DNA of 64,000 nucleotides from Styela clava. Its lineage: Eukaryota. Shown one piece after another: positions 1 through 11,853 of the stretch. Where the stretch lies: assembly GCF_964204865.1 (NCBI RefSeq), contig NC_135255.1, positions 15,004,001 through 15,068,000 of the forward strand, written 5' to 3'. Made by a program: the position numbers and the translations under genes. A model generated the notes under the pieces. The model did no database searches. It worked only from the letters and a program-made list of their open reading frames with translations, and had not been told where the DNA came from. Every line of letters starts with the position of its first letter. Positions within the stretch are counted from its first letter, which is position 1.

Positions 1-230
1 AGAAAATTTTGATTTCAAATGATTGACTTTAACTGAAAATGAAATTTTAGTTTCAAATTGGTTACCAAAAACATAATAACTTTCGAAATTAGATTTTACA
101 AAATTTATAATAGCAATTTTAGTATTATTTAATTTTGTTTTAAGTTACCTTGATGTTCCAAGAAATAAAGTGGCTACAGAACATCTCCACAAAACTATTC
201 GAAGAATTCTATGCATCAACTTCTACAAAT

Positions 231-455
231 CTACGTAGTTGCTTTTCCATATAAAAAAAAACGTGCAGCGGACAGAACAGAAAACGCTGTTTTATCGACA
301 ATCTCGGTTATTTCAAATCCATACTTTTTGTACAATGTAAAAGCCGGCATTTGACTGTCTTCACAGTAAAGCACTATACGATGAAATCTCATTTCTGTAG
401 CTTGATGTATAGCATGCCCAAGCATCTTGGAACCAATTTTCATTCTTCGTAGATT
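231..455 (-). pseudogene. Orphan terminal exon (exon 4) of a NAT8/camello-like GNAT acetyltransferase
   Basis: ORF 231..443 (MKIGSKMLGHAIHQATEMRFHRIVLYCEDSQMPAFTLYKKYGF) is paralogous to exon 4 of the genes at 7741 and 23702. The RLSVTP start and AG acceptor of those paralogs are missing. An A9 run at 253-261 shifts the conserved YMEK ending out of frame (could be a homopolymer error). Confidence 0.75.
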
Positions 456-1048
456 TGTATTGGGGTGAATATATAAAATATATCAAATATTTACCAGCTG
501 TGAGATTTATCGTAACCGAGAAAATTATTCATATTTGAAACTTAATGAAGCTAATCAGTTCCATATTCGGTGAAATTGCTGGACGGACCAGTGTAATAAT
601 TGAAGTGAATTCTAACGCCAAAAATATTCCATGAGGGAACTCTTGCAATTTTTTAATGATTCCTGGCTTGTGAACTAAAACAAAACATTAAAAGATCAAA
701 ACCAAAAAATCAATGCGCCGAATAGTGAAAAACGTCACAACAGGCAGCGTGATCAAACAGTAAATGAAGAATCAGTGATTGCGGAGCAGCAAACGTCGAC
801 AAATGTGTATTTGCAAATTTAAGCAATCAATTTGTGTAATATCAAGCTATGATAGCTATGAGCATATAACAGATTTTTTTCGCGGACCTTCCGAAAGTCG
901 ACCGGCAAAATTCGTTCATCAAATATGAAAAGTGTATTTTTGTCAAAAATTGGAAGCATTCTGTGTAAGTGCAAAACACTATAGTATGGTGAAAATGCAA
1001 TTAAGCATGTAAATTGTAAATGTACCAAATGAGGGAATGAAAACTCAC

Positions 1049-1145
1049 GAGTATTTTGCGAATTTCTTGACGCCAGTCCATTCTTCGAAATCCACTCTTA
1101 GTTCATAAGACCCGGATGAAGTTATTTGGTGTAGCAATTCAAGGC
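1049..1145 (-). pseudogene. Isolated 97-nt fibrinogen-domain (FReD) exon with flanking intron sequence
   Basis: AG|GC CTT GAA TTG CTA CAC CAA...AAA TAC TC|GTGAGT encodes GLELLHQITSSGSYELRVDFEEWTGVKKFAKY. It is a reverse-complement paralog of exon 28991-29087, and intron homology spans ~885-1290. Confidence 0.85.
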
Positions 1146-1997
1146 CTGAATCAAGAAAGAACAGTCTTAGGTCGACTTTTTGTATAAAAAGTGCCAAAAA
1201 CGCTGTATCGGAGAACTTTGTAATGTTGTTTTTTACTTGAATAGAATAATGCGTGACAGAATGGCTTGCGCTGAAGCATGCAATTTCACTAATTATTTGA
1301 AAAGGTTAGAACAGTAGCTCCCAAAGTGGGTTCCGCGGACCTTTTGGGGTCCGTTAACAATTAATTTGCAAATTAATTTGATCTGGAAAAAAAAATTGTG
1401 AAAATATTGTTGATAGATAGTTTTCAACCAAATATAAAATTGCATGAAAGGTGAATTTGAATTTCGACTGGTTTAGTATTGAGCATTTTTGACTCCAACA
1501 ACAATAATTAAGATTTTCAGTCATAAAATCGTCTTATACCTAAAAAGCATAATTAGGTATCTAGTAACTGTCATGGTCGGTTAATTGGGTTCTATATTAC
1601 ACGGCTGTAAACGTATGGGTTGTCCAATGCTGTTTACATGGTGGATGCTCAGATAGGTAATTTGCTTTCTGTTTCAGTATTTGCTACACGTCGGAACCAA
1701 TGAATTGTTTTTCGTTCCCGAGTTCACCTTTTAGCTATTATTTTTAGCTAGTATTTAAATAATATTATAATATTTAATCAAAATGTTTTCACTTACTCGC
1801 TACAATCAGAAAGAGTATCTGAGTCACCAATATAATGATTATATTTCCGTCAAACGTTGCCGCGAACATTGTCGTAATCATAGTCATGGTGCCTCTGCTT
1901 CAGCTACTATTTACTGGGGTGTCTCCACCTGATAAATACATCATAATACATTTGTACTGTTATCTGGTAACGCTTGCATTCCTGATGCTTTCGCTCC

Positions 1998-2262
1998 TTG
2001 TCTGTCTGTCTGTTTGTTTGTTTGTTTGTCTGTTAGATGAACGCGATATTTCACGAAGGCGAGGTTGAATCTGCTCCAAATTCGCATGTGCATTCACCAT
2101 ATCTCGGACTAGAAGCTTATTGATTTTGAATGAATCATGTCGTATAATTAGCGAGTCATTAATTAATTAGTGATGGAACACGTGGTGTCACTATAGAGTC
2201 ATGAATCGAAACCGCAGTTTCGATCGATAAGTCTTCGGTCTCCGACCAATATTCTCGTTTAA
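1998..2262 (+). mobile_element. Helentron-associated (DINE-1/HINE-like) element, 5'-deleted copy
   Basis: (GTCT/GTTT)n microsatellite, 3' subterminal GATCGATAAGT, short hairpin and TTT end. Same family as 17203-17502 and 38594-38889. Confidence 0.65.
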
Positions 2263-2267
2263 TAATT

Positions 2268-2485
2268 GGGCGCTCCAGAAGTGTGTGTACCAATATGGAG
2301 AAAACTAATTTGGTTTGCCTAATTTCCATCAAGTTGTGTAAAGGGACTGAAACCTATGGGATTCACCTATGTGTATATTCACTTTGCTAACGCAGACAGT
2401 CCCCGAACTCGTAATAGAACTAAAATAAGGAAAATCGGAATAAAATTATGGCCTAACTCTAACCTGGTACACATATATACTACCA
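2268..2485. mobile_element. MITE-like repeat with GTGTACCA...TGGTACAC inverted ends
   Basis: Inverted termini and an internal CCTAACYCTAACC motif. Related copies at ~17509-17725 and ~42643-42787. Confidence 0.55.
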
Positions 2486-4338
2486 ATAATTGTAACTTTG
2501 GTGATTAATAAATGATATAATAAGATTAATTACGATGCATTGAATTGAAATTGGTATTACCTGAACTTTACAATTTCTCCAGCATCTTATTTTCACTCCT
2601 ATATAAGAATGTCCGTATATTCCGTTTCTAACAATTTCCCTTACTATGGGGAGATCTTCTCTTTGAAATCCGCGAATTCGCAATCCTTGATTCATAGTAG
2701 AACAAGCTAGCGTTTCACATAATCGGGGAATGCTTTTTACAAATTATAATGTAAAAACTTAGGTTTCAATCGTGGTATTTGCCGAACATCTGTACATTAA
2801 ACATGAGCCGCAATCTACGTTGCGTCACGTTATTATCGTATTATTCATAAGATTAAATATTATAAGCCTCTTCATAATTGTCTCTTGTTACTGAGAGTTC
2901 AACATGCTTTCGTTAGTCTTGTTTTCACTGGCTTATGTATGTAATTGAGAGTGTGAAGCACTTTGACGATTTGTTGTGCCTGAATACGCCGCATGACTTT
3001 TGCTGAGCATGTGACTAATGACGAGACAAGTTGGAAAATATTATGAAATTAAAATGCGCATGTTACTACATATTAATTCTCCTCCTAATTAAAAGTCACG
3101 TTTTCTGTGTGCGCTAGTGATGACGTAATTAATAGTCAATTTGTCCCCAGAGACATCTATGAATCCTCAAATATTATACAGAATAAAACATTTTGTTGTA
3201 ATTTGATATAATTTGCTACCAATCGCTGTTCACTCGATAATAAGTTGGTATTTACTGAAAGCTATTATCTTCATTTTTTCAATTTTTTTGCGACCAGTGA
3301 GGATCATTCTAATTTGAGTTTTATTAAATTGGAAGGAATTCAGCATCAAGTGAACATATATCGACATAGGAATTTGTACAAAAATAATTGTTTTAAATCT
3401 AGTTTTTTTGCCTGTTTGGTTCAAAATGGCTGTACTATTTGATTTTCTTTCATTAAATAAGTTGAGGAAAAATGGATGCAAATTGCATTTGAGTGTGAAA
3501 GAAGACGCAATACACCAGAGATGGTTATCGAACAACGTCACCTATAAATATTTATACTTATCTTATTTAGATAAGTATACTTATCTTATTTAGTAAAAAA
3601 CACATCTCGGAGAAAGCGTATGCGGACGTGCTATAAATCATTTTCCCGAATAGGTTGCGTTCTGGTTGTTACGATTTTTCCAGGTCATTTCAGCCAACCC
3701 TTTCACCAGCAGCATTTGAACTAGCAAGAGATTTCGCCAGATTACTGGCGCGATTACCGATCGCAAGGGTGGGCAAAATAGAATATTTCAAGTCGAATAT
3801 TTTCAGTGAATTCTCGAAAATTGGGTATTTTTAATACATATACAACATGCATCCATAACGCTAGACATTCTAAAGTTGGTGAGCTACATTTCTGCCCGTC
3901 CTCTTTTATAAGAAGGACCAATACTTACGCAACGGCGAACCTCGAAATTTGGTTTTATATTTCTGGGAGAACTATGCATTCATATCGGCGAAATATGTTA
4001 AAGACGACTACGAAGGAGTGAATTCGAGAGTCATTGCGTGAATCCTGAATGTTATTTTGAGTGCAAATAATGATTTAATAAATCTGCAATAACGACAATT
4101 ATAATAGTTAAATAATAATTCCTTGGTAAAATTTGGAAAAAATTACGCACAATAATTTGTTACTATGTTTGACATTTCCAATTTTACGAAACGGCGTTAG
4201 TGCGCTTTATGCAAAACTAAGAATTGAAACAATGCGCAAATACGACTCCTCAAATTTGTCGTGCACACACAAGGGAAGAGTAAATTTTAACAAGTTCCAA
4301 CATTCCAAATAGTATCTTGCATAGCCTTGTAGTCCTAA

Positions 4339-4662
4339 TGTCACGGTACGGAGATGTTGCTACCGTGGTTGTAGATGAATCAGAAGACTCAAGGATTCCG
4401 GATTGGTTGTTTATTGTACGGCAACTCCAATACCAAACTCAAAACAGCATAACAGATTACATCACTGAAGAACTAAAAACACGACCGACCGCCAGCGCGG
4501 CAGCCGGAGAAAAGAGGTCGAAAGTTTTTGCCTCACATGTAGTGAATGGTCGGAGTCCAAATCCGACAAAACAGCATTAAATAAGGGTCAACATAACAGT
4601 CTATGAACATAAGAAAAATATATATACACACAATATAAACACGGACACTCTAGTCCGCGACA
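4339..4662 (-). mobile_element. Solo LTR (324 bp) with 4-bp target-site duplication
   Basis: TGTCAC...GCGACA termini, CTAA on both flanks (4335-4338, 4663-4666), AATAAA on the minus strand. Orthologous copy at 19395-19721, so it predates the duplication. Confidence 0.7.
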
Positions 4663-4958
4663 CTAATTCGAATATGCAATTTAACCTTAAGCAGCATCTA
4701 TCTTTTTTTGTCTTTGAAATTACAAATGAATAAAATTACTAATTTTTAGATGAAGCATTTCATATCATTACTAAAATTAAGAATTTTTCATGTAGAATTA
4801 AACCAGATTAGAATCTGGTAAATTAATTTCACTCGAGCTGTAAAAGGTATTTAACTTTAGAGTGTTGAAACTACTGACGGTAGGTACCGTACAAAAACCA
4901 ACTTCCATTACTAGAGATTAGAGAAAATATAGAAATATAATCGCGCATCACATTATTT

Positions 4959-6653
4959 TTACAATTTTTTTTCCATATAATGAATATTAATACCAAGAAG
5001 CACAAACATTAGGGGTTTGTTAATAATTCTCGTCGTAATAAATCCATGAGTTAAATACATCGAAATAGCAGGCATTTGCATCTCAGTGCAAACCAGTATG
5101 ATTCGATTGTAGCTCAATGCAGAAGCTTCATCTACGGCATGTGCAAGCAATTTTCTTCCGATTCCTTTTCTGAAGTTTGATGATACAGACATTCTCTATA
5201 AAATGAAATTTACACAGATATAATTTGATACACTTAGATTTAAAAAACCTGTGATTGCACAAAACGAAGACAATCACTTTACGAACGGCGTTAGCGATTG
5301 TTCCGTCAAAAGAGAAGATTTTCGGCAATATTTTTGCAAAAACGATTATTACATGGTATACAGTACACTAAACTGGCAATGTATATGCCTTAAAATGACT
5401 GGTAAATGTTTTATCCTTTTTGCAGGCCTTTTTGTTCCTGATTACTGACCAACTAATAAAGTTAAATATATATCTCCAACCTGATTATGATTTTGTTTCG
5501 ACCTTGTTTGAATTATCTAGCAACTTACTTTTAATTTGATAGTGGATATTGGTTGTCGATTAGTAACGTCTTCTTGAGTTTTCAAAGCAACTGTCCCGAC
5601 TATAAACGTATCATAATTTTCTATAAATTCCATCACCCAAAATCTCGGGTATGTGTTTTTGATTTCATCAAAATCATTGAGATCATTTATCTGACTTTCG
5701 ACTGTGTTGATAAATTGCAAAATACCTTGATAGAAGCATATACAATAATATTGTTGTTAATTTTTTTTCAACCAAGTTGAAATTGAATGAAAGGTGAATT
5801 TGAATTGCGACTGGTTTATTTACACCAGACTTGGGCATCTTTGACTCCAACAACAACAATCAAATTATCATTCATAATTTTATTTTACCCAAAACACAGC
5901 TCCGTGTTTAATAACAAGGACGCTAATGAGATAGAATTAAGAAGTCTTGCTTGTTCATTCTTGTTAAAAGTGAAAATGCGGATGTTTTATTTGTGGTATC
6001 CGAATTTTCATTTTTACTGCCCATCTCAACTATTAATTTTATCCATTCTCAAAATTCACTTCTTAACGGTATCTTTTCTCACAAAGAGTTTAATAATTAT
6101 AGATACCTCATCATTAACTTTAAAATTTGTTTTCACTTACTAGCAATAAACACAAAAAGTAATTCAGTTATCGAAGAAATTATGATGTTTCCGTCAAATA
6201 TTGCCGTAAACATAGTGGTAATCATAGTCATAATGATCTGAAGTTTTGAAATAAAAATAATTCACCAAGTAGAGAAATAAATTCGTTTAACTGGTATTGT
6301 AGATTTGAGACTTGAAACGCCGCCTCCGCCAATATTTGCTGTCGTCTCTACCACATCAGAACATCATTTAAATATAAAACATAGTATATGTGTGTATAGA
6401 TTTAGGGTTAGGATAACTAGTAACGCTTTCATTGACTATGTTTCCGATTTTCGTTTAGGAATTTGTAACTTTATTTAAAGTTATCGTGAATAAAATATTA
6501 AATGCTGACTAATAATCTAAATCTCTATTAACAAACATTCAATTGGTAATGGTGCTTGGCGTTTAAATAAAATAAGAAACTATATTACCAGAACATTCCG
6601 ATTTTTCCAGAATAGTATTTTCAACCTCGCGTAAAAACGTCCATACAATCCAT
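4959..6653 (-). pseudogene. NAT8-like GNAT pseudogene (5'-deleted)
   Basis: Exons 6589-6653 (partial), 6141-6237, 5529-5725 and 4959-5195, all GT-AG. An ~822-bp deletion relative to copy B removes the start codon. A 3-nt deletion turns the acetyl-CoA motif FRGKGIG into FRKGIG. Confidence 0.85.
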
Positions 6654-7740
6654 GTGAATGGATATCATTTAGAAATATCGATGTACGATTGATAAAACTC
6701 ATTTATATTGTATTCGTGAGCCGGTACTATATGTAATTAAAATAATTAAATAACGAATTGAGCATGTTGAAAACATGTGACGTTTTAATTAACGTTAAAT
6801 GGAAAGGGTGACGTTGGTCCGATGAGTCAGTGCTTGGTATTGTTTTGTTGGGTGACTTGTGTTGTTCGAGTTGATTACTCCAAGATTTTAGAATTATAAA
6901 GTTATTTAAGTCTATAAGTGCCAATAAATTTGTCTCTCTTTAAACATCAACCTATCAAAATGCCACATGTATGCACTACCAGCAAAACTTTAGAAAAGAT
7001 TGGCTTATAGAATCAGCCTTTAAGGAATGGATTGTATTACTGTATTTTGTAGTATAATAAACATTGTATGGCGGCCCTGTACGGATCCGCTGACACGGGG
7101 TAAAGCGGGAGGAACAATAGTTCGACACACGGTAGCTGCTTCATTTAACGATGAATCGTGTTAGACTTGGTATTTGCTGAACATCTATATATATCTTGAA
7201 AGTCTTCCAGAATCTGCTTTGTGATACTACAACAGCTTACCGTTGTCAGCATATCATATTTGAAGATATTGACATATATCTTGTTATCAAGAAGCTGTTT
7301 GGATTTAAGCCTAGGTTTATGTCATTAAGGGTGATGAATTTACGACAAGCACGTTTGCGTTTTATCATATTCGACTACAAAATCTGAATTTTAGTGATGA
7401 CAAGACTGATGAAGTGCTTCAAAAAAAAATTTGTAATATTATGAAATGTGCATGCTACAACACCAAATGGGAATTATCGTAGATTCAGTGGAACAATCAA
7501 AAGTCTCCTTGGGAGCACAAACACCAAACGAAGTGGAGACGATAGCGACAGCAATTCTATCGCCCGTGCAGATAATCGAATTTACACTTTTCACTATTTG
7601 GTAGTCGATTGTGAACGCTTAGAAAAATTACTGTTTCATACATATTGTTTAGAATGTTTTACATTTTTTAAGATATTGACGAAAAGATGTTGTCACATCT
7701 TAACGTAACAGAGGAACTTGAGATTTCCAATGTATTAACT

Positions 7741-9430
7741 TTAATGTAGATCCTTTTCCATGTACAATAAACGTACCCCGGACAGAACGGAAAACATTGT
7801 TTTATCAATAATCTTAAATGTTTTGAATCCAAATCTTTTGTACAATTCAATAGCTGGCGGTTGCCTGTCTGAGCAGTAAAGCACCATACGCTGAAATCCC
7901 ATTTCTGTAGCTTTCTGTAGAGCATGCTCAAGCATCTTGGAGCCAATTTTCATTCTTCGTAGATTAGGCGTGACAGATAATCTCTGCTCAAAATAAATGG
8001 AATAACGGATGCGATGATTAGAAATTACATGATCATGGGTATATATGTGAATATATCAAAATTTATGAGCTCTGACAAAGGTTCATCGTGACCAGGAAAT
8101 TAAAACATATATGAAACTAATAAATATTATATTATCTTTTCACATTTATTTTCTTATAAAAAGGTTTTCACAAAACAAGATTACGCATACATACTCTATC
8201 AATAGTATCAACTCATATTCAAGCAAAGCATCATGAACAAATGAAGTGTAAAGTTTTGCAAAAACTGTTTGACTATGTGCCGTTTGTTGAACAAAGACAC
8301 AGAGAAAAAAATCGAATATTCATTAACGTAATGAACCAAATACCTGAATCAACATATTTTTTTAATAATACGACTGGAAAATAATTGTCATCAGATTTGA
8401 ATCAGCAAATTGCATTGCAATGTTATGAGCAAAAACCCACCTTTAATTCCACTGTTTGCGTTGAATCATAATCTTTGTCGCAAGTTGTCGTAAGCGCAAC
8501 GGATGCAACAATCTGTTTTTGGTTATTTATGATTCCATCTAATATCCAGAATTTAATGTATTTTTTCGAAGCTACTCCAATATGTCTCAAGTCCTTCAGT
8601 TCGTTTTCAATACCAATGTAGAATTTTAACATGTCTGAAAAGATGAATAGTTAGGTATATAGTTCCTTATCTTAATGTATTATTCATATTTTCTTACATG
8701 CTAACGCCAGCGACGACTCTTGAGCGAAAATGATAAAAATAAACGTACAGATGTCTCCATCAAGCAAAATCATTAGCCCTGTGGTGACAGCGAGTAGAAT
8801 GTTCTGAAACATAGGATTTTCAAAGTTGATATTTACTGTCTGCCTGAAACAATTTTTTGGCACGGGAGCGTAAAAACAGCCTACCTACCTAACTTGTAGC
8901 CCAACCGATTTCAATTTTTCAGTACTCAAATAATGGAAGTTGTGGCATAATGCATTTCCTCTGAGAAGTACGATATCCGATATTCAATCTCAATTAGGCT
9001 GTTTCATTTTAATTCACGAGAATTTTGTTTTATGACGTCAAGCGTGACTTCTACGTCACAAATGCACTCTGTGAATCGCACAGCGCAATGCGTTGAGAAA
9101 TCAAAAAATATAAGACTGCTGGGCCACGTACTTAATGCAAATTTGCAGTGCTGCAATCGAATGATTTTGCAATCCTTGCTATTTTACACAGACATGTTGC
9201 GAACAAAAAGTATATTTAAAAAATTAAAACGTTTGTTTGAGATCTAATGTAATATGTGGTTCGACTTTTTATACCTGGGCCTTTATGTTCTGTCTAAAAC
9301 AATCTTTTAAATTTTGTAGCCATAGTCCGTACAAGTTGTCGCTGATCATTTTTATTGTTTCGTCAAAATCCTTCCTCTCCATCACACGGATATTGTTTTC
9401 AAATTGTGTTTTCAAATAATTCGTGCACAT
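7741..9430 (-). CDS. NAT8/camello-like membrane-anchored GNAT N-acetyltransferase, ~232 aa, apparently intact
   Basis: Exons 9275-9430, 8698-8803 (hydrophobic segment), 8441-8634 (KFWILD...IVASVAL...VELK) and 7741-7983 (RLSVTPNLRRMKIGSKML...QPPAIELYKRFGF). GT-AG, phases 0/1/0, no internal stop. Confidence 0.85.
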
Positions 9431-11853
9431 TCTTCAATTTCTAACATGACATACAAAAAAAAAATACAGATAAAAATATATATGTTTTAAAACAAATCTT
9501 TTTGTACATACAAGCTAAAATCCCGAGTTCACAATGTCGTTTCTCTACTTATACTAATTTTTTCATTGTATGCACATACATGTAGTCTACCCTTTTTCTA
9601 ACGCGATATCAAGATATTAGAATATCGTATATTAGAACGCGCACTGTAACAGTCTTTGTTATGATTTGAACTACTTTATATGTGTTCAAGAATGTGGAAT
9701 AGACGTCGTCAAAGCACTTCCTTATCAATTGTCTGACATTTGTGACGATGTATGGATCGGCTGAACAGACTGATGACGCGATGATTGAAAGCGAAGAGGA
9801 AAACACATTGAGGCAGTGAACATTCTCACTGTGCTTGTGTTATGGTACGATGTGCTCTTCCAAGTCAATTTTAGTCGTCATCTATAATTATCATTTTAAC
9901 GTTTCCAAATCCAAATGTTCAACTGACCTTCAACTTAAATTATTGTGTCGTCATCTTGTTAGTTGATTTATCAGTCCTGGTTTGTCAGCAACTTTCTTCT
10001 TCAACCGACTTGTTTCGGGTAACCTTGCACAATCTTCAATCCTTTCAGAAGATGCTATTTTTTGTCGTGTCACCTATGTATAGGAGGACAATATTAAAAC
10101 AGCGTGTTGAATATTGTTTATTGCTGTTGTAGTAGAAGAATGAACCCAAGATAGTAAAACCATAACCACTAATATTAATTATCATTTTAACGCCCTCGCT
10201 ATTTCCCCTCTTTACCATTTGAGAGGTCACGTGTCGCTTTTGATACAGTGACCCCACTTTACTTGTTTGCCACCTAGCTACTGCAAACAATCATCTGTAG
10301 TGTAACATCAACATAACGGTAGAATGCTAGTTCAAGTTCAACGGCTGACGCTTTTCAACAGTATTTTTGAAAATCGTCAGTCTCAAAACGTTTAAATGGT
10401 ATATCACCGTAACTTCAACTCCTCACTTTCAGTTGAAGTTCGTTCCCGTTGCACTCCGGTGTTCTTTTCTTGGAGATGACCACCGAACGACTCTATCTGC
10501 TGGGGCTCAAGAGGCTCTTTACAAATGAGTGGCTTTTTGTGGAGAGCCTTTGTCGAGCTGTAAAGCTTATAAGTACGTTGTGTAAAACAAGCAAATGTCC
10601 CGGTAACAAACTCTTACGCGACCCGGTGTATGTCCATTGCATGATCATTTTTGGAAAAAATTCCCATACGAACAAATATTTATAAAGAGGTAAGAGGATA
10701 ATTGAGAACGAAAAATGAGCAAAAATTTATTTTAACCGGACAAATAATGATGTCTGAGTCGTCAGACCAACTCGAATGATTTCATTAATTAAACATTAAG
10801 GCGCCATTGTAAATCCAAGTATGGATATTTCTCTGCCGCTCCTTTCCCTTGGTGCCCTAAGCACGTGCTTATTTTGCTTAATGTTTAATCCAGCCCTGCC
10901 TGAAGTGCATATTTTTTGCGATATACTGTTGGAAAAACATTTTAACTTTCCAAATAATTATTTTGAACTTCATCTGGCACACAATGTAATTATTAAGCAA
11001 TGCATACGATAGTCCCATTTGATTGGCTTTCATTCAGGCATGCACATTCTTCGAACTAACGCAGCATGTTAATGAAATATTGTTCAAAGTAATTAGCCTT
11101 GTCAGGGGTCGTCAAGCCGAACAAGTAGTTTACGTTGTTCGCAAATGGCGGGATCTGGGAGGGAAAATGCGGTAGCGAAGGAGAGGGAAAAAGAGGAAAA
11201 GCGTCAAACGCTGTATAGTTAGTTCTGTGGTCATCTCCAAAGAGCAGCGGAGTGCAACAGTCAATTAGGCCAGCAAAAAAGGTATCTACCGTGGAAATCA
11301 AGCAGCAGCAATACTTTTGAGAAAACCCAGCAGGAAAAATCAACTAACTCATCGGGGGGCAGTAATAATAATACCTACCCTACCCCCTGTGGTTGCGTTC
11401 GAGAAAGTAAGACTACCCAATGAAAATAGAATAACCTAACTCTTCTTTGCGGGGAAAAGTTGTCAGTAAGTTTAATCCGGGGTACTAATGACAAGAATAA
11501 TATGGCTTGAAAATGAAATCGAAAAGTTGGTTTGCGCAAATCAGCTCTACGTGCGGAAACGTAAATAAATGCTATCAGGGACGATAATAAATTCCTGTCC
11601 CGATCCCAGGATGCGGGCGTGGTTTTGAGCCACTAAAAATGGTTCGCCAAACAATAATAATTTGGTAAGACAAAACAATCGTAAAGTGGTGTGTGTAACC
11701 AAGCCCTAGATGCGGGAAGGTTTGAAAACGACTAAGATGATCAAATTCATGACTCGATCCCGGGATAGGCGTGTGCATATATTCAAAAGCAATTTATTGC
11801 TTTGTTGAGACTATGTGTGTCAGTTTATCTGTTCTTGTTTTTTAATAACTTAA

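Larger units (their letters stand above)
1797..2695 (-). pseudogene. NAT8-like GNAT pseudogene (exons 1-2 only)
   Basis: Exon 1 2561-2695 (MNQGLRIRGFQREDLPIVREIVRNGIYG..., CAG|GT). Exon 2 1797-1893 (GTMTMITTMFAATFDGNIIIILVTQILFLIVA) has no in-frame acceptor (CAGA|GGC versus CAG|GGC in paralogs). Exon 3 is replaced by the FReD fragment at about position 1380. Confidence 0.8.
880..9450. repeat. Segmental duplication, copy A (FReD fragment plus three NAT8-like loci)
   Basis: Colinear high-identity match to ~16126-25430 across introns, intergenic DNA and shared insertions (HINE, MITE, solo LTR). Confidence 0.9.

Noticed and set aside
1835-2068. Hydrophobic + strand ORFs (also 17040-17222, 5951-6241, 47734-48234)
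   Set aside because: Antisense shadows of NAT exons and repeats.
9600-10700. Coding-looking minus-strand sequence with faint Walker-like words (KPGL, MIIIDD)
   Set aside because: Multiple stops and no convincing motif; it cannot be assigned without a search.
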